From Eledone cirrhosa (Eukaryota), in NCBI GenBank assembly GCA_964016885.1, contig CAXHJY010001477.1, forward strand, positions 186,001-250,000: a stretch of DNA of 64,000 nucleotides, read 5' to 3'. The notes beneath the pieces are model-generated. The model was not told where the DNA came from and did not search any database. It saw nothing but the letters and a program-made list of their open reading frames with translations. The position numbers and the translations under genes are program-made. This document shows positions 1-12,654 of this stretch, one piece after another (position 1 is the first letter of the stretch; each line of letters begins with the position of its first letter).

Positions 1-2622
1 TGTAAGAGAGAGAGAGTGTCTGTATGTAAGAGATAGAGAGAGAGTATGTATGTAAGAGAGAGAGAGAGAGAGTATGTATGTAAGAGAGAGAGAGAGTGAG
101 TGTCTGTATGTAAGAGAGAGAGAGTGAGTGTCTGTATGTAAGAGAGAGAGAGAGAGTGTGTCTGTATGTAAGAGAGAGAGAGAGAGTGACTGTATGTAAG
201 AGAAAGAGAGTGTCTGTATGTGAGAGAGAGAGAGAGAGAGTGACTGTATGTAAGAGAGAGAGAGTGTCTGTATGTAAGAGAGAGAGAGAGAGAGTGACTG
301 TATGTAAGAGAAAGAGAGTGTCTGTATGTGAGAGAGAGAGAGAGAGTGACTGTATGTAAGAGAGAGAGAGTGTGTCTGTATGTAAGAGAGAGAGAGAGTG
401 TCTGTATGTAAGACAGAGAGAGAGAGAGAGAGTGTCTGTATGTAAGACAGAGAGAGAGAGAGAGAGAGAGTGTCTGTATGTAAGAGAGAGAGAGAGTCTG
501 TATGTAAGAGAGAGAGAGAGTGAGTGTCTGTATGTAAGAGAGAGAGAGTGTCTGTATGTAAGAGAGAGAGAGAGTGAGTGTCTGTATGTAAGAGAGAGAG
601 AGAGAGAGAGTGTCTGTATGTAAGAGAGAGAGAGAGTGTCTGTATGTAAGAGAGAGAGAGAGTGAGTATCTGTATGTAAGAGAGAGAGAGAGAGAGTGTC
701 TGTATGTAAGAGAGAGAGAGTGAGTGTCTGTATGCAAGAGAGAGAGAGAGAGAGAGTCTGTATGTAAGAGAGAGAGAGTGAGTGTCTGTATGTAAGAGAG
801 AGAGAGAGTGAGTGTCTGTATGTAAGAGAGAGAGAGTGTCTGTATGTAAGAGAGAGAGAGAGAGTCTGTATGTAAGAGAGAGAGAGTGTCTGTATGTAAG
901 AGAGAGAGAGAGTGTCTGTATGTAAGAGAGAGAGAGAGTGTCTGTATGTAAGAGAGAGAGAGAGTGACTGTATGTAAGAGAGAGAGAGAGTGTCTGTATG
1001 TAAGAGAGAGAAAGAGAGAGTTACTGTATGTAAGAGAGAGAGAGTGAGTGACTGTATGTAAGAGAGAGAGAGAGAGTGTCTATATGTAAGAGAGAGAGAG
1101 AGTGTCTGTATGTAAGAGAGAGAGAGAGAGAGTGTCTGTATGTAAGAGAGAGAGAGAGTGTCTGTATGTAAGAGAGAGAGAGAGAGAGAGAGAGTATGTA
1201 TGTAAGAGAGAGAGAGTGTCTGTATGTAAGAGATAGAGAGAGAGTATGTATGTAAGAGAGAGAGAGAGAGAGTATGTATGTAAGAGAGAGAGAGTGTCTG
1301 TATGTAAGAGATAGAGAGAGAGTATGTATGTAAGAGAGAGAGAGAGAGAGAGAGTATGTATGTAAGAGAGAGAGAGAGAGTGACTGTATGTAAGAGAGAG
1401 AGAGTCAGTGTCTGTATGTAAGAGAGAGAGAGAGAGTATGTATGTAAGAGAGAGAGAGAGAGAGTGTCTGTATGTAAGAGAGAGAGAGAGTGTCTGTATG
1501 TAAGAGAGAGAGAGAGAGTGTCTGTATGTAAGAGAGAGTATGTATGTAAGAGAGAGAGAGAGTGAGTGTCTGTATGTAAGAGAGAGAGAGTGTCTGTATG
1601 TAAGAGAGAGAGAGAGAGTATGTATGTAAGAGAGAGAGAGAGAGTGTATGTATGTAAGAGAGAGAGAGTGTCTGTATGTAAGAGAGAGAGAGTGTGAGTG
1701 TCAGTATGTAAGAGAGAGAGAGAGAGAGTATGTATGTAAGAGAGAGAGAGAGTATGTATGTAAGAGAGAGAGAGAGAGAGTGTCTGTATGTAAGAGAGAG
1801 AGAGAGTGTCTGTATGTAAGAGAGAGAGAGAGAGTGTCTGTATGTAAGAGAGAGAGAGAGAGTGTCTGTATGTAAGAGAGAGAGAGTGTCTGTATGTAAG
1901 AGAGAGAGAGAGTGTCTGTATGTAAGAGACAGAGAGAGTGTCTGTATGTAAGAGAGAGAGAGTGTCTGTATGTAAGAGAGAGAGAGTGTCTGTATGTAAG
2001 AGAGAGAGAGTGTGTCTGTATGTAAGAGAGAGAGAGTGTCTGTATGTAAGAGAGAGAGAGAGAGTGACTGTATGTAAGAGAGAGAGAGAGAGAGAGTGAC
2101 TGTATGTAAGAGAGAGAGAGTGTCTGTATGTAAGAGAGAGAGAGAGAGTGACTGTATGTAAGAGAGAGAGAGAGAGAGAGTATGTATGTAAGAGAGAGAG
2201 AGAGAGTGTCTGTATGTAAGAGAGAGAGTGAGTGTCTGTATGTAAAAGAGAGAGAGAGAGAGTGTCTGTATGTAAGAGAGAGAGAGAGAGTGACTGTATG
2301 TAAGAGAGAGAGAGAGTGAGTGTCTGTATGAAAGAGAGAGAGGAGTGTCTGTACGTAAGAGAGAGAGAGAGAGAGTATGTATGTAAGAGAGAGAGAGAGA
2401 GTGTCTGTATGTAAGAGAGAGAGAGAGAGTGACTGTATGTAAGAGAGAGAGAGAGAGAGTATGTATGTAAGAGAGAGAGAGAGTGTGTACGTATGTAAGA
2501 GAGAGAGTGAGTGTCTGTATGTAAGAGAGAGAGAGAGAGTGTCTGTATGTAAGAGAGAGAGAGTGACTGTATGTAAGAGAGAGAGAGAGTGTCTGTATGT
2601 AAGAGAGAGAGGAGTGTCTGTA

Positions 2623-2674
<52 letters not shown>

Positions 2675-4768
2675 TCTGTATGTAAGAGAGAGAGAGAGTG
2701 TCTGTATGTAAGAGAGTGTGAGTGTCTGTATGTAAGAGAGAAAGAGTGTCTGTATGTAAGAGAGAGAGAGTGTCTGTATGTAAGAGAGAGTGAGTGTCTG
2801 TATGTAAGAGAGAGAGAGTGTCTGTATGTAAGAGAGAGAGTGTCTGTATGTAAGAGAGATAGAGAGTGAGTGTCTGTATGTAAGAGAGAGAGAGTGAGTG
2901 TCTGTGTGTAAAATAGAGAGAGAGTGTCTGTATGTAAGAGAGAGAGAGTGTCTGTATGTAAGAGAGAGAGTGAGTGTCTGTATGTAAGAGAGGGAGAGTG
3001 TCTGTATGTAAGAGAGAGAGAGAGTGAGTGTCTGTATGTAAGAGAGAGAGAGTGAGTCTCTGTATGTAAGAGAGAGAGAGAGAGTGTGTCTGTATGTAAG
3101 AGAGAGAGAGAGAGTGACTGTATGTAAGAGAAAGAGAGTGTCTGTATGTGAGAGAGAGAGAGAGAGAGTGACTGTATGTAAGAGAGAGAGAGTGTCTGTA
3201 TGTAAGAGAGAGAGAGAGAGAGTGACTGTATGTAAGAGAAAGAGAGTGTCTGTATGTGAGAGAGAGAGAGAGAGTGACTGTATGTAAGAGAGAGAGAGTG
3301 TGTCTGTATGTAAGAGAGAGAGAGAGTGTCTGTATGTAAGACAGAGAGAGAGAGAGAGAGTGTCTGTATGTAAGACAGAGAGAGAGAGAGAGAGAGAGTG
3401 TCTGTATGTAAGAGAGAGAGAGAGTCTGTATGTAAGAGAGAGAGAGTGAGTGTCTGTATGTAAGAGAGAGAGAGTGTCTGTATGTAAGAGAGAGAGAGAG
3501 TGAGTGTCTGTATGTAAGAGAGAGAGAGAGAGAGAGAGTGTCTGTATGTAAGAGAGAGAGAGAGTGTCTGTATGTAAGAGAGAGAGAGAGTGAGTATCTG
3601 TATGTAAGAGAGAGAGAGAGAGAGTGTCTGTATGTAAGAGAGAGAGAGTGAGTGTCTGTATGCAAGAGAGAGAGAGAGAGAGAGTCTGTATGTAAGAGAG
3701 AGAGAGTGAGTGTCTGTATGTAAGAGAGAGAGAGAGTGAGTGTCTGTATGTAAGAGAGAGAGGAGTGTCTGTATGTAAGAGAGAGAGAGTGTCTGTATGT
3801 AAGAGAGAGAGAGAGAGTCTGTATGTAAGAGAGAGAGAGTGTCTGTATGTAAGAGAGAGAGAGAGTGTCTGTATGTAAGAGAGAGAGAGAGTGTCTGTAT
3901 GTAAGAGAGAGAGAGAGTGACTGTATGTAAGAGAGAGAGAGAGTGTCTGTATGTAAGAGAGAGAAAGAGAGAGTTACTGTATGTAAGAGAGAGAGAGAGT
4001 GAGTGACTGTATGTAAGAGAGAGAGAGAGAGTGTCTATATGTAAGAGAGAGAGAGAGTGTCTGTATGTAAGAGAGAGAGAGAGAGAGTGTCTGTATGTAA
4101 GAGAGAGAGAGAGTGTCTGTATGTAAGAGAGAGAGAGAGAGAGAGAGAGTATGTATGTAAGAGAGAGAGAGTGTCTGTATGTAAGAGATAGAGAGAGAGT
4201 ATGTATGTAAGAGAGAGAGAGAGAGAGTATGTATGTAAGAGAGAGAGAGAGAGTGACTGTATGTAAGAGAGAGAGAGTCAGTGTCTGTATGTAAGAGAGA
4301 GAGAGAGAGTATGTATGTAAGAGAGAGAGAGAGTGTCTGTATGTAAGAGAGAGAGAGAGTGTCTGTATGTAAGAGAGAGAGAGAGAGTGTCTGTATGTAA
4401 GAGAGAGTATGTATGTAAGAGAGAGAGAGAGTGAGTGTCTGTATGTAAGAGAGAGAGAGTGTCTGTATGTAAGAGAGAGAGAGAGAGTATGTATGTAAGA
4501 GAGAGAGAGAGAGTGTATGTATGTAAGAGAGAGAGAGAGTGTCTGTATGTAAGAGAGAGAGAGTGTGAGTGTCAGTATGTAAGAGAGAGAGAGAGAGAGT
4601 ATGTATGTAAGAGAGAGAGAGAGTATGTATGTAAGAGAGAGAGAGAGAGAGTGTCTGTATGTAAGAGAGAGAGAGAGTGTCTGTATGTAAGAGAGAGAGA
4701 GAGAGTGTCTGTATGTAAGAGAGAGAGAGAGAGAGTGTCTGTATGTAAGAGAGAGAGGAGTGTCTGTA

Positions 4769-4822
<54 letters not shown>

Positions 4823-5552
4823 TCTGTATGTAAGAGAGAGAGAGAGTGTCTGTATGTAAGAGAGTGTGAGTGTCTGTATGTAAGAGAGAAAGAGTGTCTG
4901 TATGTAAGAGAGAGAGAGTGTCTGTATGTAAGAGAGAGTGAGTGTCTGTATGTAAGAGAGAGAGAGTGTCTGTATGTAAGAGAGAGAGTGTCTGTATGTA
5001 AGAGAGATAGAGAGTGAGTGTCTGTATGTAAGATGTAAGAGAGAGAGAGTGTCTGTATGTAAGAGAGAGAGAGAGAGTGACTGTATGTAAGAGAGAGAGA
5101 GAGAGAGAGTATGTATGTAAGAGAGAGAGAGAGAGTGTCTGTATGTAAGAGAGAGAGTGAGTGTCTGTATGTAAAAGAGAGAGAGAGAGTGTCTGTATGT
5201 AAGAGAGAGAGAGAGAGTGACTGTATGTAAGAGAGAGAGAGAGTGAGTGTCTGTATGAAAGAGAGAGAGGAGTGTCTGTACGTAAGAGAGAGAGAGAGAG
5301 AGTATGTATGTAAGAGAGAGAGAGAGAGTGTCTGTATGTAAGAGAGAGAGAGAGAGTGACTGTATGTAAGAGAGAGAGAGAGAGAGTATGTATGTAAGAG
5401 AGAGAGAGAGTGTGTACGTATGTAAGAGAGAGAGTGAGTGTCTGTATGTAAGAGAGAGAGAGAGAGTGTCTGTATGTAAGAGAGAGAGAGTGACTGTATG
5501 TAAGAGAGAGAGAGAGTGTCTGTATGTAAGAGAGAGAGGAGTGTCTGTATGT

Positions 5553-5585
<33 letters not shown>

Positions 5586-8402
5586 TATGTATGTAAGAGA
5601 GAGAGAGAGAGTGTCTGTATGTAAGAGAGAGAGAGAGTGTCTGTATGTAAGAGAGTGTGAGTGTCTGTATGTAAGAGAGAAAGAGTGTCTGTATGTAAGA
5701 GAGAGAGAGTGTCTGTATGTAAGAGAGAGTGAGTGTCTGTATGTAAGAGAGAGAGAGTGTCTGTATGTAAGAGAGAGAGAGTGTCTGTATGTAAGAGAGA
5801 TAGAGAGTGAGTGTCTGTATGTAAGAGAGAGAGAGTGAGTGTCTGTGTGTAAAATAGAGAGAGAGTGTCTGTATGTAAGAGAGAGAGAGTGTCTGTATGT
5901 AAGAGAGAGAGTGAGTGTCTGTATGTAAGAGAGGGAGAGTGTCTGTATGTAAGAGAGAGAGAGAGTGAGTGTCTGTATGTAAGAGAGAGAGAGTGAGTGT
6001 CTGTATGTAAGAGAGAGAGAGAGAGTGTGTCTGTATGTAAGAGAGAGAGAGAGAGTGACTGTATGTAAGAGAAAGAGAGTGTCTGTATGTGAGAGAGAGA
6101 GAGAGAGAGAGTGACTGTATGTAAGAGAGAGAGAGTGTCTGTATGTAAGAGAGAGAGAGAGTGTCTGTATGTAATAGAGAGAGAGAGAGTGTCTGTATGT
6201 AAGAGAGAGAGAGTGTCTGTATGTAAGAGAGAGAGAGAGTGAGTGTCTGTATGTAAGAGAGAGAGAGTGTCTGTATGTAAAAGAGAGAGAGAGTGAGTGT
6301 CTGTATGTAAGAGAGAGAGAGTGAGTGTCTGTGTGTAAGATAGAGAGAGAGTGTCTGTATGTAAGAGAGAGAGAGTGTCTGTATGTAAGAGAGAGAGTGA
6401 GTGTCTGTATGTAAGAGAGGGAGAGTGTCTGTATGTAAGAGAGAGAGTGAGTGTCTGTATGTAAGAGAGAGAGAGTGTCTGTATGTAAGAGAGAGAGAGT
6501 GAGTGTCTGTGTGTAAGATAGAGAGAGAGTGTCTGTATGTAAGAGAGAGAGAGTGTCTGTATGTAAGAGAGAGAGTGAGTGTCTGTATGTAAGAGAGGGA
6601 GAGTGTCTGTATGTAAGAGAGAGAGAGAGTGAGTGTCTGTATGTAAGAGAGAGAGAGTGAGTGTCTGTATGTAAGAGAGAGAGAGAGTGTCTGTATGTAA
6701 GAGAGAGAGAGAGAGAGAGAGTGACTGTATGTAAGAGAAAGAGAGTGTCTGTATGTGAGAGAGAGAGAGAGAGTGACTGTATGTAAGAGAGAGAGAGTGT
6801 GTCTGTATGTAAGAGAGAGAGAGAGTGTCTGTATGTAAGAGAGAGAGAGAGAGAGTATGTATGTAAGAGAGAGAGAGAGTATGTATGTAAGAGAGAGAGA
6901 GAGAGAGTGTCTGTATGTAAGAGAGAGAGAGAGTGTCTGTATGTAAGAGAGAGAGAGAGAGTGTCTGTATGTAAGAGAGAGAGAGAGAGAGTATGTATGT
7001 AAGAGAGAGAGAGTGTCTGTATGTAAGAGAGAGAGAGAGTGTCTGTATGTAAGAGACAGAGAGAGTGTCTGTATGTAAGAGAGAGAGAGTGTCTGTATGT
7101 AAGAGAGAGAGAGTGTGTCTGTATGTAAGAGAGAGAGAGTGTCTGTATGTAAGAGAGAGAGAGAGAGTGACTGTATGTAAGAGAGAGAGAGAGAGAGAGT
7201 GACTGTATGTAAGAGAGAGAGAGTGTCTGTATGTAAGAGAGAGAGAGAGAGTGACTGTATGTAAGAGAGAGAGAGAGAGAGAGTATGTATGTAAGAGAGA
7301 GAGAGAGAGTGTCTGTATGTAAGAGAGAGAGTGAGTGTCTGTATGTAAAAGAGAGAGAGAGAGTGTCTGTATGTAAGAGAGAGAGAGAGAGTGACTGTAT
7401 GTAAGAGAGAGAGAGAGTGAGTGTCTGTATGAAAGAGAGAGAGGAGTGTCTGTACGTAAGAGAGAGAGAGAGAGTATGTATGTAAGAGAGAGAGAGAGAG
7501 TGTCTGTATGTAAGAGAGAGAGAGAGAGTGACTGTATGTAAGAGAGAGAGAGAGAGAGTATGTATGTAAGAGAGAGAGAGAGTGTGTACGTATGTAAGAG
7601 AGAGAGTGAGTGTCTGTATGTAAGAGAGAGAGAGAGAGTGTCTGTATGTAAGAGAGAGAGAGAGTGTCAGTATGTAAGAGAGAGAGAGAGAGAGTATGTA
7701 TGTAAGAGAGAGAGAGAGTATGTATGTAAGAGAGAGAAAGAGAGAGTGTCTGTATGTAAGAGAGAGAGAGAGTGTCTGTATGTAAGAGAGAGAGAGAGAG
7801 TGTCTGTATGTAAGGGAGAGAGAGAGAGAGTATGTATGTAAGAGAGAGAGAGTGTCTGTATGTAAGAGAGAGAGAGAGTGTCTGTATGTAAGAGACAGAG
7901 AGAGTGTCTGTATGTAAGAGAGAGAGAGTGTCTGTATGTAAGAGAGAGAGAGTGTCTGTATGTAAGAGAGAGAGAGTGTGTCTGTATGTAAGAGAGAGAG
8001 AGTGTCTGTATGTAAGAGAGAGAGAGAGAGTGACTGTATGTAAGAGAGAGAGAGAGAGAGAGAGAGAGTGACTGTATGTAAGAGAGAGAGAGTGTCTGTA
8101 TGTAAGAGAGAGAGAGAGAGTGACTGTATGTAAGAGAGAGAGAGAGAGAGAGTATGTATGTAAGAGAGAGAGAGAGTGTCTGTATGTAAGAGAGAGAGAG
8201 AGAGTGACTGTATGTAAGAGAGAGAGAGAGAGTATGTATGTAAGAGAGAGAGAGAGTGTGTACGTATGTAAGAGAGAGAGTGAGTGTCTGTATGTAAGAG
8301 AGAGAGAGAGAGTGTCTGTATGTAAGAGAGAGAGAGAGAGTGACTGTATGTAAGAGAGAGAGAGAGTGTCTGTATGTAAGAGAGAGAGGAGTGTCTGTAT
8401 GT

Positions 8403-8440
<38 letters not shown>

Positions 8441-11400
8441 GTATGTAAGAGAGAGAGAGAGAGTGTCTGTATGTAAGAGAGAGAGAGAGTGTCTGTATGT
8501 AAGAGAGTGTGAGTGTCTGTATGTAAGAGAGAAAGAGTGTCTGTATGTAAGAGAGAGAGAGTGTCTGTATGTAAGAGAGAGTGAGTGTCTGTATGTAAGA
8601 GAGAGAGAGTGTCTGTATGTAAGAGAGAGAGAGTGTCTGTATGTAAGAGAGATAGAGAGTGAGTGTCTGTATGTAAGAGAGAGAGAGTGAGTGTCTGTGT
8701 GTAAAATAGAGAGAGAGTGTCTGTATGTAAGAGAGAGAGAGTGTCTGTATGTAAGAGAGAGAGTGAGTGTCTGTATGTAAGAGAGGGAGAGTGTCTGTAT
8801 GTAAGAGAGAGAGAGAGTGAGTGTCTGTATGTAAGAGAGAGAGAGAGTGAGTGTCTGTATGTAAGAGAGAGAGAGAGAGTGTGTCTGTATGTAAGAGAGA
8901 GAGAGAGAGTGACTGTATGTAAGAGAAAGAGAGTGTCTGTATGTGAGAGAGAGAGAGATAGAGAGAGTGACTGTATGTAAGAGAGAGAGAGTGTCTGTAT
9001 GTAAGAGAGAGAGAGAGAGAGAGTGTCTGTATGTAAGAGAGAGATAGAGAGAGAGAGAGAGAGTGACTGTATGTAAGAGAGAGAGAGTGTCTGTATGTAA
9101 GAGAGAGAGAGAGTGTCTGTATGTAATAGAGAGAGAGAGAGTGTCTGTATGTAAGAGAGAGAGAGTGTCTGTATGTAAGAGAGAGAGAGAGTGAGTGTCT
9201 GTATGTAAGAGAGAGAGAGTGTCTGTATGTAAAAGAGAGAGAGAGTGAGTGTCTGTATGTAAGAGAGAGAGAGTGAGTGTCTGTGTGTAAGATAGAGAGA
9301 GAGTGTCTGTATGTAAGAGAGAGAGAGTGTCTGTATGTAAGAGAGAGAGTGAGTGTCTGTATGTAAGAGAGGGAGAGTGTCTGTATGTAAGAGAGATAGA
9401 GAGTGAGTGTCTGTATGTAAGAGAGAGAGAGTGTCTGTATGTAAGAGAGAGAGAGTGAGTGTCTGTGTGTAAGATAGAGAGAGAGTGTCTGTATGTAAGA
9501 GAGAGAGAGTGTCTGTATGTAAGAGAGAGAGTGAGTGTCTGTATGTAAGAGAGGGAGAGTGTCTGTATGTAAGAGAGAGAGAGAGTGAGTGTCTGTATGT
9601 AAGAGAGAGAGAGTGAGTGTCTGTATGTAAGAGAGAGAGAGAGAGAGTGTCTGTATGTAAGAGAGAGAGAGAGAGAGAGAGTGACTGTATGTAAGAGAAA
9701 GAGAGTGTCTGTATGTGAGAGAGAGAGAGTGACTGTATGTAAGAGAGAGAGAGTGTGTCTGTATGTAAGAGAGAGAGAGTGTCTGTATGTAAGACAGAGA
9801 GAGAGAGAGTGTCTGTATGTAAGAGAGAGAGAGAGTCTGTATGTAAGAGAGAGAGAGAATGAGTGTCTGTATGTAAGAGAGAGAGAGTGTCTGTATGTAA
9901 GAGAGAGAGAGAGTGAGTGTCTGTATGTAAGAGAGAGAGAGAGAGAGAGAGTGTCTGTATGTAAGAGAGAGAGAGAGTGAGTATCTGTATATAAGAGAGA
10001 GAGAGAGAAAGTGTCTGTATGTAAGAGAGAGAGAGTGAGTGTCTGTATGTAAGAGAGAGAGAGGGTCTGTATGTAAGAGAGAGAGAGTGAGTGTCTGTAT
10101 GTAAGAGAGAGAGAGAGAGAGAGAGTCTGTATGTAAGAGAGAGAGAGTGAGTGTCTGTATGTAAGAGAGAGAGAGAGTGAGTGTCTGTATGTAAGAGAGA
10201 GAGAGTGTCTGTATGTAAGAGAGAGAGAGAGAGTCTGTATGTAAGAGAGAGAGAGTGTCTGTATGTAAGAGAGAGAGAGAGTGTCTGTATGTAAGAGAGA
10301 GAGAGAGTGTCTGTATGTAAGAGAGAGAGAGAGAGTGACTATATGTAAGAGAGAGAGAGAGTGAGTGTCTGTATGTAAGAGAGAGAGAGAGTGAGTGTCT
10401 GTATGTAAGAGAGAGAGAAAGAGAGTGACTGTATGTAAGAGAGAAAGAGAGAGAGTGTATGTATGTAAGAGAGAGAGAGAGAGAGTGTCTGTATGTAAGA
10501 GAGAGAGAGAGAGAGTGACTATATGTAAGAGAGAGAGAGAGAGAGTGTCTGTATGTAAGAGAGAGAGAGAGTGTCTGTATGTAAGAGAGAGAGAGAGTGT
10601 CTGTATGTAAGAGAGAGAGAGAGAGAGTGTCTGTATGTAAGAGAGAGAGAGAGAGAGTGTCTGTATGTAAGAGAGAGAGAGAGTGACTATATGTAAGAGA
10701 GAGAGAGGGAGTGTCTGTATGTAAGAGAGAGAGAGAGTGTCTGTATGTAAGAGAGAGAGAGAGAGAGTGTCTGTATGTAAGAGAGAGAGAGTGTCTGTAT
10801 GTAAGAGAGAGAGAGAGTGTCTGTATGTAAGAGAGAGAGAAAGAGAGTGATTGTATGTAAGAGAGAGAGAGAGAGTGTATGTATGTAAGAGAGAGAGTGG
10901 TGTCTGTATGTAAGAGAGAGAGAGAGAGAGAGAGAGAGTGTCTGTATGTAAGAGAGAGAGAGAGAGTCTGTATGTAAGAGATAGAGAGAGAGAGTGTCTG
11001 TATGTAAGAGAGAGAGAGAGAGAGTGTCTGTATGTAAGAGAGAGAGAGTGTCTGTATGTAAGAGAGAGAGAGTGAGTGTCTGTATGTAAGAGAGAGAGAG
11101 TGTCTGTATGTAAAAGAGAGAGAGAGTGAGTGTCTGTATGTAAGAGAGAGAGGAGTGTCTCTATGTAAGAGAGAGAGATAGAGTGTCTGTATGTAAGAGA
11201 GAGAGGAGTGTCTGTATGTAAGAGAGAGAGAGAGTGTCTGTATGTAAGAGAGAGAGAGAGTGAGTGTCTGTATGTAAGAGAGAGAGAGAGAGAGTGTCTG
11301 TATGTAAGAGAGAGAGAGAGTGTCTGTATGTAAGAGAGAGAGAGAGAGAGTGTCTGTATGTAAGAGAGAGAGTGAGTGTCTGTATGTAAGAGAGAGAGAG

Positions 11401-11522
11401 AGTGACTGTATGTAAGAGAGAGAGAGTGAGTGTCTGTATGTAAGAGAGAGAGAGAGTGAGTGTCTGTTTGTAAGAGAGAGAGAGAGAGTGTCTGTATGTA
11501 AGAGAGAGAGTGAGTGTCTGTA

Positions 11523-11554
<32 letters not shown>

Positions 11555-12600
11555 TCTGTATGTAAGAGAGAGAGAGAGAGAGAGTGTCTGTATGTAAGAG
11601 AGAGAGAGAGTGTCTGTATGTAAGAGAGAGAGAGAGAGGAGTGTCTGTATGTAAGAGAGAGAGAGTGAGTGTCTGTATGTAAGAGAGAGAGAGAGAGTCT
11701 GTATGTAAGAGAGAGAGAGAGAGAGAGAGTGTCTGTATGTAAGAGAGAGAGAGAGAGAGTGTCTGTATGTAAGAGAGAGAGAGAGTGTCTGTATGTAAGA
11801 GAGAGAGAGAGAGGAGTGTCTGTATGTAAGAGAGAGAGAGTGAGTGTCTGTATGTAAGAGAGAGAGAGAGAGTCTGTATGTAAGAGAGAGAGAGAGAGAG
11901 AGTGTCTGTATGTAAGAGAGAGAGAGAGAGAGTGTCTGTATGTAAGAGAGAGAGAGTGACTGTATGTAAGAGAGAGAGAGAGTGTCTGTATGTAAGAGAG
12001 AGAGAGAGAGAGTGTCTGTATGTAAGAGAGAGAGAGTGTCTGTATGTAAGAGAGAGAGAGAGTGTCTGTATGTAAGAGAGAGAGAGTGAGTGTCTGTATG
12101 TAAGAGAGAGAGAGTGTCTGTATGTAAAAGAGAGAGAGAGTGAGTGTCTGTATGTAAGAGAGAGAGGAGTGTCTCTATGTAAGAGAGAGAGATAGAGAGA
12201 GTGTCTGTATGTAAGAGAGAGAGGAGTGTCTGTATGTAAGAGAGAGAGAGAGTGTCTGTATGTAAGAGAGAGAGAGAGAGAGAGAGAGAGTCTGTATGTA
12301 AGAGAGAGAGAGAGTGAGTGTCTGTATGTAAGAGAGAGAGAGTGTCTGTATGTAAGAGAGAGAGAGAGTGTCTGTATGTAAGAGAGAGAGAGAGAGAGTG
12401 TCTGTATGTAAGAGAGAGAGTGAGTGTCTGTATGTAAGAGAGAGAGAGAGTGACTGTATGTAAGAGAGAGAGAGTGAGTGTCTGTATGTAAGAGAGAGAG
12501 AGAGAGTCTGTATGTAAGAGAGAGAGAGAGTGAGTGTCTGTATGTAAGAGAGAGAGAGAGAGAGAGTGTCTGTATGTAAGAGAGAGAGTGAGTGTCTGTA

Positions 12601-12654
<54 letters not shown>
